In this document: one piece after another, positions 1 through 14,154 of the stretch
Position numbering within the stretch: the stretch's first letter is position 1
Layout: every line of letters starts with the position of its first letter
NCBI GenBank assembly: GCA_965153355.1
Contig: OZ231126.1
Location: forward strand, 21,266,001-21,330,000
Reading direction: 5' to 3'
From: Flaccisagitta enflata
Taxonomy: Eukaryota
Length of the DNA: 64,000 bases
Made by a program: the position numbers and the translations under genes
Notes under the pieces: model-generated
What the model saw: the letters and a program-made list of their open reading frames with translations, nothing else
Told to the model about the DNA's origin: nothing
Databases searched by the model: none

Positions 1-204
1 GCGTTTCTTTTGCATTTTTATGCATTATCTCGATAAAGACCCGGGAGAAACCTGTGTAGCAGCATGAAATTTGACATGGGCTGACTATCTATAAATTATT
101 ATGACTCAGTTGTGCTTTTGAGGCAGAAATTTTGTACAATTAGACCACAAAACAGATTTTTTCATCACTTTTTCCGTAAGCAGCAAAAAAAAGAAAAAAA
201 AATA

Positions 205-211
205 TCAACAA

Positions 212-255
<44 letters not shown>

Positions 256-330
256 GCAGCAATGACAACAACAACAACAGCAACAATGACAACAACAACA
301 GCAACAACGACAACAACGACAGCAACAACG

Positions 331-382
<52 letters not shown>
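205..382. repeat. (CAA/CGA/GCA)n trinucleotide microsatellite
   Basis: Visible acaacaaca... tract; it explains the poly-Thr and poly-Leu ORFs. Confidence 0.95.
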
Positions 383-623
383 CTTACCTGCTGTCTTTAT
401 CTTTATCAATGCCGACTATGATTGAACAAGACAAATACCATGGCGACCATGACGCGCTTTTGAAACAACGATGCCAGTGCTAAGGAATTTACGTTTATGC
501 TAATGTTGACAATGAGAGCCAAGATAGCAAGGCATTCCAAACTAACATAACATCAGCGTAAAACCAATGTTTAATTTCGTCCATAAGAGTTAGTTTCCTT
601 TACGGTTATGTTGATAGTATCCC

Positions 624-1055
624 CGTTTACACGCCGTCGACTTGTTAGAGAAAGCTGCTTTTAAATTCATCCTCGACAAAGGGGGAATTCAAAAGCTTCC
701 GGACAAAGTGAAGGAAAATCGATCATGCGGCGGTTCCGCCACTCAGAATCAACTACGACAATGACTTCATGAATTAAGCTTTGAATGAACTCAGAGAGAG
801 CTGTTACCACATGATGCGAGATTCCAAAGCAAGAAGCGATCGGCGGGAACTGGCAGAGCTTGTGCTTCATTCATTCATTCATTCATGGATTCCCTTTGCC
901 AAGTAGCAGTATCAGAAGCGTGCTTTGGCCAAAGTGGACTCTACGTTCCGAAGATGCTGCGGTATTGCGAGCAAAGGGGTTATCCAGAGGAGAATGTGCA
1001 GAAGCTACATCAATTTTGCAAGTTCCAAGTCGTCTTTGTTCCATATCGTCAAAGC
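624..1055 (+). pseudogene. Decayed DDE transposase, central part (hAT-related, possibly hATm-type)
   Basis: Manual translation across frameshifts and stops gives RLHAVDLLEKAAFKF, GEFKSFRTK*RKID, RSDRRELAELVLHSF, AVSEACFGQSGLYVPKM and EENVQKLHQFCKFQVVFVPY. These are colinear with motifs I recall for this family: CRHHxxELVLxAVF, LFKRFxxxWxxID, RDDYRELLEL, PGAxHxARWMAKAIYxLK, LxxFCxF. The family name is from memory, not a search. Confidence 0.7.
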
Positions 1056-1060
1056 GTTGG

Positions 1061-1290
1061 TTTTTAGTCGCGTGCTACGCGACTCTATAAGCCACTTTTT
1101 GGTCCGTCGGTTGGTCGGTCACAAACTTGTCTTAAAGGCTTTTTATTGAATTTTTCATGTTTTTGAGTAGTAGAGAAGAAGCTTGGAGTAGTAAAACACT
1201 ATTTTGACTGTCGTTATGAAAAAAAAGTCGTTTGTCTGTCTGTCTGCCTGGATTTTTTTGAAAGTGCCAACGCACATGACATAGGTCTAA
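1061..1290 (+). mobile_element. HINE/Helentron-like non-autonomous element
   Basis: Starts tttttAGTCGCGtgctaCGCGACTctata (5' hairpin) followed by (GTCG/GTCC)n and (GTCT)n; homologous to 7372-7679; 3' end degenerate. Confidence 0.65.
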
Positions 1291-1984
1291 CACCCCTCTC
1301 AAAATTAGGCGAACTGGGATCAGAACAAGTCTGTAAATGCTTCATAAATTACTTATAAAGAGTCTGAGTGTTAGGTTAACTTTAATATATGTAATTTCCG
1401 GCAGGGTTATACAAAAATTGTCCGAAGAATGTCAACCAATGACTCCTAATCTCTTCTTTCAATTAATACCATACTATTGTATTTTTGATGGAAGTTCCAA
1501 ATTGACCGGTGTAACCAACCTATTCGTCAATGGATTCAGTCGCTTTGTGGTGCTGCTCCTTATTCCCATTGCGTCATTGTTGCTTGGTAGTTATATAACA
1601 ACTCGGGAATGGCAGTTTTGGCCCAACTCATATGGGGAAAAATGAGAAAGTTTGCGCAGACTCTAGCTCATACGAAGATTTCTTGTCAAAATCAGTCAAA
1701 ATCTTCCACCCCATTTTTAGGTGCCCCATAGCACCTCTATAAGAGGCTCTGTCTGTCGGTTGGTCGGTCGGTTGGTCTGTAACGCTCGAGTTGAAAATCT
1801 CGAAAAGAGGCAAAAATCACTGGAAATGATTCAGAAATATGCTAGGATAATTTTTAGATGCGCCATAGCATCTCTATAAGTAGCTCTGTTAGTCCGTCCG
1901 TCCATCTTTCTGTCAAGCTCGAATGAAAAATCGCTAAAAATGTTTGAAATCAATAGAAAACTCATTTTGTTCATCATAAATGAT

Positions 1985-2920
1985 AGCATATACATCATAT
2001 ATATATCATATATATATATATCATATATATCTTCATATATGTCATCATATATATCTTCATATATATCATCATATATACCATCATATATATCATCATATAT
2101 ATCATTACATATATCATATCAATCATATCATATATCATATATCATATCTCATTTATCACATCTCATATATCATTTATCATATATCATATAGCCTATCTCA
2201 TATCTCATATATCATATCTCTTATACCATATCTCATATATCATATCATATATCATATCATATATCATATCATATATCATATATCCTATCACATATCCTAT
2301 CATATATCATATCCTATCACATATCCTATCATATATCATATCATAAATCATATCATAAATCATATCATATCATATATCCTATCATATATCCTATCATATA
2401 TCATATCTCATATATCATATCTCATATATCATATCTCATATATCATATCATCATATATCATATCTCATATATCATATATCATATCTCATATATCATATCT
2501 CATATATCATATATCATATATCATATATCATATATCATATCTCATATATCATATATCATATATCATATATCATATATCATATCATATATCATATCATATA
2601 TCATATCATATATCATATCATATATCATATCTCATATATCATATCATCATCATATATCATATCATATATCATATCATATATCATATCATATATATATCAT
2701 ATATCATATATCATATCACATATCATATCATATATCATATCATATATCATATCATATATCATATTATATCATATCATATCATATGTCATATCACAAAAAA
2801 TATTGTATCATATATATCATATATATCGTATATATCATATATATCATATATATCATATATATCATATATATCATATATATCATATATATCATATATATCA
2901 TATATATCATATATATCATG
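1985..2920. repeat. (CATAT/CATATAT/CATATATAT)n simple satellite, ~0.9 kb
   Basis: Directly visible; source of the YHIIYHI pseudo-ORF. Confidence 0.95.
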
Positions 2921-2944
2921 AATGATACTAACACAATCAGATAC

Positions 2945-3272
2945 GGTTAGGTCTTATAGAGCTGGGGATAGGTCAGATAGGTCTGGTGATTTGTCGGTTA
3001 GGTTTTAGGATAGGTCTGATAGAGCTGGGGATAGGTCTGATAGAGCTGGTGATAGGTCTGATAGAGCTTGGGAAAGGTCTGATAGAGCCCGGGAGAGGCC
3101 TGATAGAGCTCGGGATAGGTCTTATAGAGCTAGGATTGGTCTGATAGAGCTAGGGATAGGTCTGATGGAGCTAGGGATAGCTATGGATAAATAATGCCCG
3201 GCGGGATAAGTCTGATAGAGCTAGGAATGGTCTGAAAGAGCTAGGGATAGGTCTGATGGAGCTAGGGATAGC
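2945..3272. repeat. ~20-21 bp minisatellite (gataggtctgatagagctggg)
   Basis: More than 10 degenerate tandem copies visible. Confidence 0.9.
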
Positions 3273-3511
3273 TATGAATAAATAACGCTCGGCGCACCGT
3301 CTTGGCCCGTGTATCCGGCCTTGTTGACATAGCACCCAACCAGCGCGACACGCTAGTGCGAATGGTCTATTTGGCCTCGGTTTGCAAAAATACATTGTTT
3401 TAGCTATCTCTGTGTCAAATTTCAGCCCTATCAATGCATTTTTTCTGTCAATTTTAATCACTATCCCAGTTCGTTTAATTTTGAGAGGGGTGTTAATGAA
3501 CTTGTCCATTG

Positions 3512-4065
3512 GACGTTCAAGTAAAAGACTTTCATTTCCGGCGTTAACTCAAAAAGTTTAGCGCTATTGACAAACTTGACGGCGGTCTCGTCAATGCTGT
3601 CAAAAATACATTCAAAGGACATCTCCAGTTCCTTTCACCCGAGTTCTCATTCCTTTCGCAGATTTCATACAATTTGACCCCAGCGGAAAAAAAGATCATT
3701 TCCCAAGCCCTTGAAGCAACATCCAATGAATTTCTCTCACCAGCGCCTCTTAAGCCAATTGTCCCAATTGACGAACATACAACATTCAACTTCTCAACAT
3801 CGACCCAATCCTCTAAAAGAATGGGAAACTGACGAACAGTTCCAGCGCCTTTGCCGATTTGCGATAAACTGCCATGTCCCAAACGCGGTAGCCAAACATT
3901 GCGTCCAGCTTGTCATTTGTTACCAAAGACAAACAGCGACGACAGTACCTGTACAAAACCGTGATGGAGCAAAGAAGAGAAAGGTCAGAAATGCGTCGAG
4001 CTACATTACAACCCACCATGGTTAAATCGTCGCCTTCACACGACCGTTTCCATTTGAAAAGATGA
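3512..4065 (+). pseudogene. Decayed DDE transposase, C-terminal part (continuation of 624-1055)
   Basis: Manual translation gives LKKFSAIDK...KNTFKGHLQFLSPEFSFLSQISYNLTPAEKKIISQAL, EWETDEQFQRLCRFAINCHVPNAVAKHCVQLV and TKDKQRRQYLYKTVMEQRRER. These match recalled motifs RHLWYLSEELVxLxxFD..EEK, VVNDxAERGVxL and TKDEEQxQYLLQVVxxHRR; frameshifted. Confidence 0.75.
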
Positions 4066-4626
4066 AAATAGTTAGTTTTTTGTTTTGTTTTCCAGAAACA
4101 AATACATGCATTCACTCATTAATTGACTTGATCTTCAAACCAAGATTGCAACGAGTAACAAAAATAAAATGACCTTGAAAAGTGACTTTACCGCATTTGC
4201 ATTATTGTAGAGAATTTCAAATCTAATATGCTTTTTGGTCTCGTTCGTTTAGGACGCTGAAATTTTCAGGGGGTGTTAATATAACAAAAATTAACAAATT
4301 TAGCCCATTGTCGCGATTGAAATCAAAAATAGGGTGTTCCTGAATCGGCGTACTGGTGCATGGAAAGAAAGAGATAGAGACGAAGATGTAGACACTCTGT
4401 GTCAGAAATTCGTAGCGATACTGAAATGGAGGCAAAAGAAGGAGAAAGTGAAAAAGAAAGAAGAAAATACAAGGAGAAAGATGGGAGAAGAGATAAGGAC
4501 AGAGTCACCAAGAAAGACAGAGAAAGAAACAGAAGACGAGGAAAAAAGATGGGACGTGGAAAGTGATACGACAAACTGGAGGCGGGCTAAATGGGCGAAG
4601 ATGAAAACGAAGATTATACGGCAAAA

Positions 4627-4763
4627 AACAAGGCCGTATACGCTCCCACTCAGTCGCAGACGGGTGGGCAGGAGCGAAATAGCAAAAAAACGCTCACATT
4701 TTGTTTTGGTTACCGACCGACCGACATAGCGGCTTCTAGAGTCGCGTGTCCGCGACTAAAAAA
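4627..4763 (-). mobile_element. HINE/Helentron-like element
   Basis: aacaaggccgtatac... at the left end, (GACC)n, and tagAGTCGCGtgtcCGCGACTaaaaa at the right end. Confidence 0.7.
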
Positions 4764-5735
4764 CACGATGAACAGAAAAACATTCGAGCAAGTATTGCAC
4801 GTATAGATCGAGGGGGAAAAGAGCAATGTGCAATGTGGTGACATGATTCAATGACAATGACTGCGATGGGTGATAAAGGAGAAACAAGTGGCAATATCTG
4901 GATGGAGAATGGTATCGAGCAACGGGGAGAGCTTGCAACACTCTTCTATATTAAAAACCTTTTGACATTTTTTTGTCTCGCATAAGATAATCATGCTACG
5001 TCGGTAAATGTCACAGGCATCTAATTTCTGAAAAGACAATTCCTTCCCGCTTCTCTAAACAACTTCGAATTTATTTGGTATCAAATGGGGCTCGCGTTTA
5101 CCACAGAATCGATTTCGAAAAGAAACTTCTGTGAAATTCCAAAAAAGAAGGAGAAAAGAAAAACGGAAAATCAAATGAATTTGACAAAATTGAGATAGAA
5201 AAAAAAACTGCAAAAAAATAACTGTTTTACATGTTTTGTAAGACAGCAAGCATAAAGTGAAAAAAAATGAAGAAGAGAAAAATAAAGAAAAAAGAAACAA
5301 ATTAGAGAGAAAAACAGAACGAGAAATATCAAATCATGAACCAGAAAAAAAAAAAGAAAAAAAAAAAAAAAAAAAAAAAAGGAAAGGCTTCAAAAGCTGC
5401 CGGAAGAAAAGAAATTCAACCATAAAGTTATGAGTCCTAAAAGTCCAATATCAAGAGCAGTAAATAACAAGATGGTCTTTCAAAGGGAACACGGCCTAAG
5501 TCATGAAAGGACACACAGAGAAAAAAAAATGGAAAAAAGGGGCAAAGATAGAGACAGATGAGGAGGGAAAAAAAGAAAAAAGGAATTGGGCAACACAAAT
5601 ATTGCTTACTGAGAGCATTGCTTAATTGCTTTCTTATCTTTTCATCTCGTGCATTGCAATTTTAGACATGCGCCCCTTTCATGCCCCTCTCTTTCTTCTT
5701 TTTTAATACTTCTGTCTGTCTGCTTGTCTGTCTGT

Positions 5736-5812
<77 letters not shown>

Positions 5813-6198
5813 ACCAAACACCCACACAGCCATATCCTCCTTGTTGATATTCCCAAATGGTCCATGGCAGGAAATGGAAGGGTGCAGCTCATTCCACCTC
5901 GACTCGCCTTCTGAAAGCCAATTGCGCCCTGATGGTCCATCACAGTCCAAACCCGAAATTGATGTCCGGCTCGCAGTCTTCTAACCCCTCGTCTGTACTC
6001 TCTCTCTCTCTCTTCGACGCAATATGACTGTCTCTATCTCCGTCTCTATAACTCTCTTTCTCCTTCTTTCTGTCTCTGTCATTGTCACTGTCTCTGTCTC
6101 TGTCTCTGTCTCTGTCTGTCTCTCTGTCTTTGTGTCTCTGTCTCTCTGTTTCTCTGTCTCTGTCTCTATCTCTGTCTCTGTCTCTCTCTCTCTCTCTC

Positions 6199-6301
<103 letters not shown>

Positions 6302-7371
6302 TTTCATCGCCCACCTTGGGCTACATTAAGCCGTCATTCGGTCACTCTGTGAGCCATGACCTTAATTATCCAGACCTTTTGCTCAATGTGGATCAGCGTT
6401 AACTGAAGGAATTGAAAGCGGATTGAAAAGGAAGAAAAAGGAACGAAAGAAAAGGAAGGAATTAAGCTCAAAAGAAGGAGGAGAGTAAAGGAAAGAATCA
6501 AGGCAGAGAAAAATGGACAAACAAAAAGTTTCTTTTTAAATGATAATGATAATGGTCAATGTTTCCATGTCAACTTATCACTAAGATTCAGTGGAGCACC
6601 GCTAGAGCGAACCCGCTAATGAGGCATACCCGCATATAACCTACTGTCTCATGATAGATTTTGTTGTTATTTCTATTTTGGCAATAACTCATTGAATAAG
6701 GTAGCTTCACTGCAAGGCGTAACTTTGCTCAGTCCTTTGAAATGCGCTCTTGTGAGGCTCAACTGTAGTTCCATTAACCACGGTTTATTCATCATTATCA
6801 AACATGTAACAACATAACGCTTCGCGCACATGTTGTCCTCACAAATCACGTTTCCTCCATTCAGTTTCTCAACTAGGATCCAGAATACAAAATGGGAAAT
6901 GCAGGGAATACTGAGTCAGAGAGTGAAAGACAGACAGAAAACTAGACAGAGTGAAGAAACATCGGGGTGATAGAGTTAGACAAAGACAGAGAGAGTCAGA
7001 CAGAACCAGACAGAGTCAGACAGAGCCAGAATGAGTCAGATAGAAACAGACAAAGGCAAAGTGAGTTATGAAATGTAAATAATAGATGAGAAAGAGAACC
7101 ACAGGAAAACTTTATTGAATATTTGATGCTTGAACGAGGATGATCTCTGTCAAGAGCAACCCACTCGTTAAGCCTCTCTGGCTCGTGGCTTGGCATGATG
7201 GATGGTATGGAAGAGGCATGGAAGAGGCATGGCAAAAACCATTGTTCGCTTTTGCCTAGTTTGTTGAGTGAGAACGTGTTGGGTACGGTCAATTTGATGC
7301 GCCAAATTTCATAAGAAAACGCTCAGTAGTTTTTTCTGGGTGCAAGCGTGGTTTGAAAATCAGAAAAAGCA

Positions 7372-7563
7372 TTTTTAGTCGCGTGCTAAGCGACTCTATA
7401 AGCCACTTTTCTGTCCGTCGGTCGGTCGGTCTGTCAGTCGGTCCGTCCGTCCGTCATAAAGTCGTTTTAAAGGCATGTTTTTTTCGTTTCATACATTTTT
7501 GATCATTAGAGAAGACACTGGGGTGTGGTGGCCACTGATTCAGAGGTCATTTCCAAAATTTTA

Positions 7564-7635
<72 letters not shown>

Positions 7636-7679
7636 GACTTTTTTCTGAAACTGCCGACGCACGCGACTAAGGTCTTGTT
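7372..7679 (+). mobile_element. HINE/Helentron-like element with internal (GTCT)n
   Basis: tttttagtcgcgtgctaagcgactctataag start; subterminal inverted copy cacgcgacta; ends cttgtt. Confidence 0.75.
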
Positions 7680-8589
7680 AATAATGGCAAAGCCTATAAT
7701 ACTTTTCAAAGCTTACGACCACACTTTGTTGCTTAGCGACTTCGCCACTGTCCCTTACAATAAATGTGCACTGAAGACATCAAGGAGAAAAGAAAGAGAG
7801 AAAGATGTAGAAAAGAAAGGAAAGAAGAAAACATAGATATTTTTGTCTTTCGGCTGGAAATTCTGAGGTCATGCGAGTCTTTGATCAGCCTTCACCTCGC
7901 GACTAGCGCAGCGTGAAGCAATTTTTTATGCGGTTTTCCCCTTCTACATAAAAAGCAATTTCTCGCGGTTTTTTTTCCTCCTTCACTCTTATCCCTTCAC
8001 ATACTAGTACAAACAGTGGTTAACTTATATCTACTGCGCTTGTTCACACAGCTTTCTAGTCGGCCTTGTTCGTGATATTTCCCCTTGTCTGCATGGGAGG
8101 TACCAAACTTTCGTGTCAAACTTATTAGACTCTCATGTAAACTAAATCAATTTGATTTTCAATTATTTTTATACCATTAGATTCTAGAAATGCCTCACGG
8201 CTCACGTTGTCACATAAAAAATTTTGAAATGCAAATGACGGACAGTCGATAATACGAAGCAGCAGAATTTTATGCATAGATTTTTTTTTATTGAGATCTT
8301 AAAATCCTGTCAAGAATACGTGCTCATCAAGAATCAGCATTATTCTTTTTTTTTTTTATTGTTTATTGTAGTTTAAAGACCGGCATCGAGAACCACGGTT
8401 ATCGCCTTTTATTTATTTTTTTTTATTTACACGTAATTTCTGTTTTCTTTAGTTCGTGTAATTAAATCTAAATACGAGGATCGTAATTGCCTGAAATGGT
8501 CGATTTTACAGGCGAGAAAAAGAGGAAAACACTAAAGAAAGACCCTTCGCTCGTTTTATGAGTCCTAAAAAGAGTGGCTGGGAGAAAAA

Positions 8590-8600
8590 AGGAAGAAGAA

Positions 8601-8647
<47 letters not shown>

Positions 8648-8682
8648 AGAAGAAGAAGAAGAAGAAGAAGAAGAAGAAGAAG

Positions 8683-8714
<32 letters not shown>

Positions 8715-8807
8715 GAAGGAGACGAAGAAGAAGAAGAAGAAGAAGAAGAAGAAGAAGAAGAAGAAGAAGAAGAAGAAGAAGAAGAAGAAGAAGAAGAAGA
8801 AGAAGAA

Positions 8808-8839
<32 letters not shown>

Positions 8840-8950
8840 AGAAGAGGAAGTAGAAGAAGAAGAAGAAGAAGAAGAAGAAGAAGAAGAAGAAGAAGAAGAA
8901 GAAGAAGAAGAAGAAGAAGAAGAAGAAGAAGAAGAAGAAGAAGAAGAAGA
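8590..8950. repeat. (GAA)n microsatellite, ~360 bp
   Basis: Directly visible. Confidence 0.95.
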
Positions 8951-9914
8951 AAGAAAATGGAAAAAGAAAGAGAAAATAGAAGGGGAAGACCAATAGGAAG
9001 GAGAAGACGAGGAAGAAGAAAGGGGCAACAGGGAAACGACGGAACAAGATATAAGATTAAGACAAAGTTTTCTTCTCTCTTTTAATCTTTTTCCTACGAT
9101 TTTATAGATCCGTAAAAGTTTTTAATGAGCTTCCTTAATTGACCGTAATCATAGCCTTTTTTCGAGGTGGTCGTAATAAATTTCTCTGTTTTTCTTTTGT
9201 CTGGATTCGATTTTTGGTGGGAGGATTACCCATCCAGGATCAAAAGACTTCAAATCATTTCATTAAATCAAACGATCGTGTTTGAGCCATGTTAAGAGGA
9301 ACATAATAGGTCAAATTATAAATACCAAGGATTTTTTTTTTTTGAGACCCATAACACCACATACCAAAGAGTTTGGTTGGACAGGGACAGTAATTGGGAT
9401 GGAGTTGTAATTCATTTGGGTTAACAGCAGAGAAAACGATGTGAAAAAAAGCCAAAATGCGTGATGGAGCCGACGAAGTTGAAAGCGACCGTCAGCCCAA
9501 CATCAAAGGTTTTAAAGAATAAATGTCCCCAATTGAGACTTTCAAAGGATTTTCTGATACAGGATTTAATCTAAAAAAGGATTGTTCTGATACCTTTTCT
9601 CCACCCGGTGATATCCGTGTCAATCATATTTACTTTCAAGTTTTTTTCCTTCCTTTCCATTTCCATGTTCAATCAAAGAACGACAATTCTTTTTTCTTGA
9701 ATTCTATTTTTAGTTCAAAAGAAAGAAAAGGAAATGTTTTTGTCCTCCGCCTTTTTCAGCCACCTTCTCCCCACGAAACTTACTAATGATGTTTTTCATT
9801 AATGAACGACAAATCCTTTTCTTGTCTTTTCTTGTCTTTGCCGCGTCTTCGTCATTTGTCTCCCGAGGGGAGGCAAGAAATATTGAAAACGGAGACACAC
9901 ACACACACAGAAAA

Positions 9915-10610
9915 CGAGGAGGAGGAAGAGAGAGATGAAGGAAAAGGGAGAAGAAGAAGAAGGTGGAGGGAGAAGAAATGTGGAAAAAAGAGTAGAGGCA
10001 GGAGGAATAAGGAGGAAAAAGATGAGGAAGTTAGGGATGAAGAAGAAAAGGGGGAAAAAAGAAAGAAAAAGAAGATGAAGATGAAGATGAAGATGAAGAT
10101 GAAGATGAAGAAGAAGAAGAAGAAGAAGAAGAAGAAGAAGAAGAAGAAAACGAAAAAGAAAAAGAAAAAGAAAAAGAAAAAGAAAAAGAAAAATGAAAGG
10201 AAGCAGAAGAAGGTAGAAGACAAAGAGGGAGAAGAAGATGATGAAGAAGAAGAAGACAAAAAAGTTGAAGAAAAAGAAAAAGAAAAGGGAGAAGAAGAAG
10301 AAGAAGAAGAAGAAGAAGAAGAAGAAGAAGAAGAAGAAGAAGAAGAAGAAGAAGAAGAAGAAGAAGAAAAAAGAAAAAGAAAAAGAAAAAGAAAAAGAAA
10401 AAGAAAAAGAAAAAGAAAAAGAAAAGGAAGATGTAGAAGAAGAAGAAGAAGAAAAAGAAGAAGAAGAAGAAGAAAAAGAAGAAGAAGAAGAAAAAGAAAA
10501 AGAAAAAGAAAAAGAAAAAGAAGAAGGAGAAGAAGAAGAAGAAGAAGAAGAAGAAGAAGAAGGAGAAGAAGAAAAAGAAGATGAAAGAAAGAAAAAGAAA
10601 GGGTAAGAAT
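9915..10610. repeat. Compound purine-rich tract (GAA, GATGAA, GAAAAA)
   Basis: Directly visible. Confidence 0.9.
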
Positions 10611-11780
10611 GAAAGGGAGGAAAAAAAGTTGGTAAGACAGAGACTAAGACGGCACCAGATCTTAATCAGCCAATCCTTGGAATTGAGACAATATTCAATA
10701 GATGAGAGATACTAGCAAGCCAGATAGAATAGATATGATGAGATGAAAAGGAAGAGAGAGAGAGAGAAACAAAAGAGAGAAAAAAAAAGGAAAAAAAAAA
10801 AGAAAAAAAAAAAGGAACAAAAGGAAAAAGAGACTGGTCAGGAGTAAACAAAAAAATCTCGTGCATTGTTTTTCTGCTTTATGCAAGGCACGAATTCAAT
10901 CAATTTGAATCAACGTTGGAGCTAGGAATTATTTAGCTTAGATTTACTGCCCGGAAAACTAGATGAAATTAAAAAGAATCCAAGGGGAAACGTCTTGGAA
11001 TTGCAGAGCAAGAGACACAAAAGTAACTGTTTCTAACAGAGATCAACAATTGCTCAGCGACTTACGAATGACTCAATGAGTTACACAAATAATGACTCTT
11101 CCTCTCACCCATGAAATGTTCATTTATCAAATAAGTTTCACCTGATGAAAATTGAAAAAAAAAAGACTTCATAGAAAGTAAAGCACCCAGCATTGCATGT
11201 AAATTCCCACTAAGCGGATATCCCAGATTGAAAAGAAAAACTAATATCCAGACTGAGAGTGGGTTGTGGATGATGGAGAGACAGAAAAAGATGTTAAATT
11301 CTGCTTAGAAAGAAATATGAAACTGATCATGAGATAAGCGCAAATTAACGGGAAAAATTATTCCATTGCGCAGATGGAAACTGTGCCATAGTTTAACTGA
11401 GCCTTAGTTAATGAGTCAAGAGCAGATGAAGCAAAGTGAAGAATGAAAAAATGGAACACAGACAGATAGAAAGATAGACAGACAGATAGACAGACAGACA
11501 GACAGGCAGACAGACAGACAGACAGACAGACAGAGAGACACACTAACCTACAGACAAAGTTACAGACAGACAGACAGACAGACAACGAATAAAAAGAATG
11601 CTGTATGAACGCCAGAAATTGTGGCATGAAATGACGAATAACGCAAAACAACACAAACCAGCCACAAATTAATTTGATTATATAAAAACAACATAATAGG
11701 GTTGTGAGTGTTATATCCTTCAGGAGAAACAAATGGGACTCGGTTCCATGGCAAATGTGCGTGGATGAGTCTGCAGGGAA

Positions 11781-11896
<116 letters not shown>

Positions 11897-12010
11897 GGGG
11901 ATCCAAAATATTTTGAAGTAAATTGCGAAAAACTGTAACAGATGAGGCTAAAATAATTTGGCGAATTCAATGGAAAACGGGAACAAGAGGAGAAGGAGAA
12001 GAGAGGAAAA

Positions 12011-12102
<92 letters not shown>

Positions 12103-12159
12103 ACGAAAAGACAGATGGACACTTTGTCAGAAAGACAGACAGGCAAACAGACAGACAGG

Positions 12160-12231
<72 letters not shown>

Positions 12232-12232
12232 A

Positions 12233-12271
<39 letters not shown>

Positions 12272-12578
12272 AAAACACTGAGAAACTGAATAAGACAAGG
12301 ATATTCAACGAGCCAGTTTGTATTCTGAGCACATACCGCGATCCAACGTTGGACCTTTTGATTAAAGGATTTCCATTACCGGCATGAGATACGAACAAAT
12401 CTGATCAAGGCCCAGTTTTTCCGGGTTGCTTTAGAAGATGCAGTAACATGGCTAGATACACGACTACAGAGGAAAAATCTTACTGAGGTTTAAAAGTTTA
12501 CTGGCCCTTTCATGAGACGAAAAGACGGCCGTAATAAAATCTATCAAATTTACAGATGGGAGAGCTAACGAGGGTATA

Positions 12579-12667
<89 letters not shown>

Positions 12668-13320
12668 CGTTGTCGTTGTCGTTGTCGTTGTTTCTGTTGT
12701 CGTTGTCGTTGCTGTTGTTGTTGTTGTTGTTGTCTCGTAATCGTCGCTGTGGCGAAATTCAGTAGACTGTGACGTTTTCGTGGCAAAGGCGAAATTCGAC
12801 TCCGGAGCAAGCGCAGTCATGGAGGACCAGGGGGCGGGAGAATGACGATGAGGTAGACAACAACGACGATGACGACAACGAAGGCGACTTTTGAGGACAA
12901 CGACGACGACGACAATAACCACAATAACCACAATGACGATGGCTACTTGCTATGGGCGTGGGTGGCATCCATAATGAGTACAAAAAGTGGTGCGGGACCC
13001 GAAATGATCTTCTTGAAAACAGATGGGTCTGGGAAAATCTCTTAAGGGCTCTCCTTACTTTTTTCTTTTTGGGAAAGGCCATCTAATGTATCGTCAGTAT
13101 ATCCATGCTAAATTTTTTTTTTCTTTGCCTTGCCCTTCCCACCCGCCTAAAACGTCAATTACTCCTTACTTTTCAATTACTTATCAGAGGCCGAGACCAC
13201 AGTTCACATATGAAACTACTCACCAAAATCGTCTCATTCTCGATTTGAATTTCTCTCATTAACCAAGCCTAAGCCATCGTCAAAGCTACAGCACGGACCT
13301 CATACCAAAGCCAAAACAGT

Positions 13321-13420
<100 letters not shown>

Positions 13421-14154
13421 AATGCAGAGCTTTTACCCGATTCCATTTGGGTCAAAGTCGTGAGGCTTTCAGTCTTTCCGTCTTTCAGTCCTTTTCCTTC
13501 CATTTTCACGAGTTCTCAGAGGAGAATTTTAATGTCACCCTCGTTCCAAGTCATGGACATTCGCCACCGCTCCTTTTACTTGCCTCTTCCTCTTCTTTTC
13601 CTCTTTTTCTTTTCTTTCTATTCTTTTTTTCCTTTTCCTTTTCTCCTCCTGCTATATAATATTTTTTCCTTTTACTTCTTTTTTCTCTTTCTTTCCCCTT
13701 CATTTCTTCTTTAACTTTTTCTTCTTCTTCTTCTTCATCTTCTTCATCTTCTTCATCTTCATCATCTTCTTCTTCTTCTTCGTCTTCTCCTTCTTCTGCT
13801 TCTTTTTCTTTTTCTTTTTCTTTTTCTTTTTCTTTTTCTTTTTCTTTTTCTTCTTTTTCTTCTTCTTCTTCTTCTTCTTCTTCTTCTTCTTCTTCTTCTT
13901 CTTCTTCTTCTTCTTCTTCTTCTTCTTCTTCTTCTTCTTCTTCTTCTTCTTCTTCTTCTTCTTCTTCTTCTTCTTCTTCTTCTTCTTCTTCTTCTTCTTC
14001 TTCTTCTTCTTCTCCTTCTTCCTTCCTATCTCCACTTCTTCTTTCTTCCTTTCCTCCTTTTTCTCATCTCCATTTTCCTACTCTTCCATCCGAACTTTCA
14101 CGCCCTGGAACGCAGTGAAGGTGACAAGGGCACGGTAAGAAAAATGGATGAGAA

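Larger units (their letters stand above)
1715..3325 (+). mobile_element. Composite HINE-like element with two 5' ends (1715, 1851) and internal satellite arrays
   Basis: 5' hairpins AGGTGCcccataGCACCT and AGATGCgccataGCATCT; 3' end ggcgcaccgtcttggcccgtgtatccggccttgtt at ~3291-3325. Confidence 0.6.

Noticed and set aside
388..481. Possible minus-strand exon (ccttag|CACTGG...CAGCAG|gtaagt)
   Set aside because: Plausible splice signals, but the only open frame is phase 0 (incompatible with the phase-1 donor at 24324), the peptide is unrecognisable, and it borders the transposase fossil.
1980..2921. 313 aa His/Tyr/Ile-rich ORF
   Set aside because: Translation of a CATAT satellite that rarely produces stops in this frame; it lies inside a HINE.
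2945..3272. CRISPR-like regular repeats (also 60945-61200 and 14155-14690)
   Set aside because: Head-to-tail degenerate units without unique spacers, no cas genes, and a eukaryotic context.
12464..13082. ORFs around the (GTT)n tract
   Set aside because: Mostly trinucleotide low complexity; no recognisable protein or clear splice sites.
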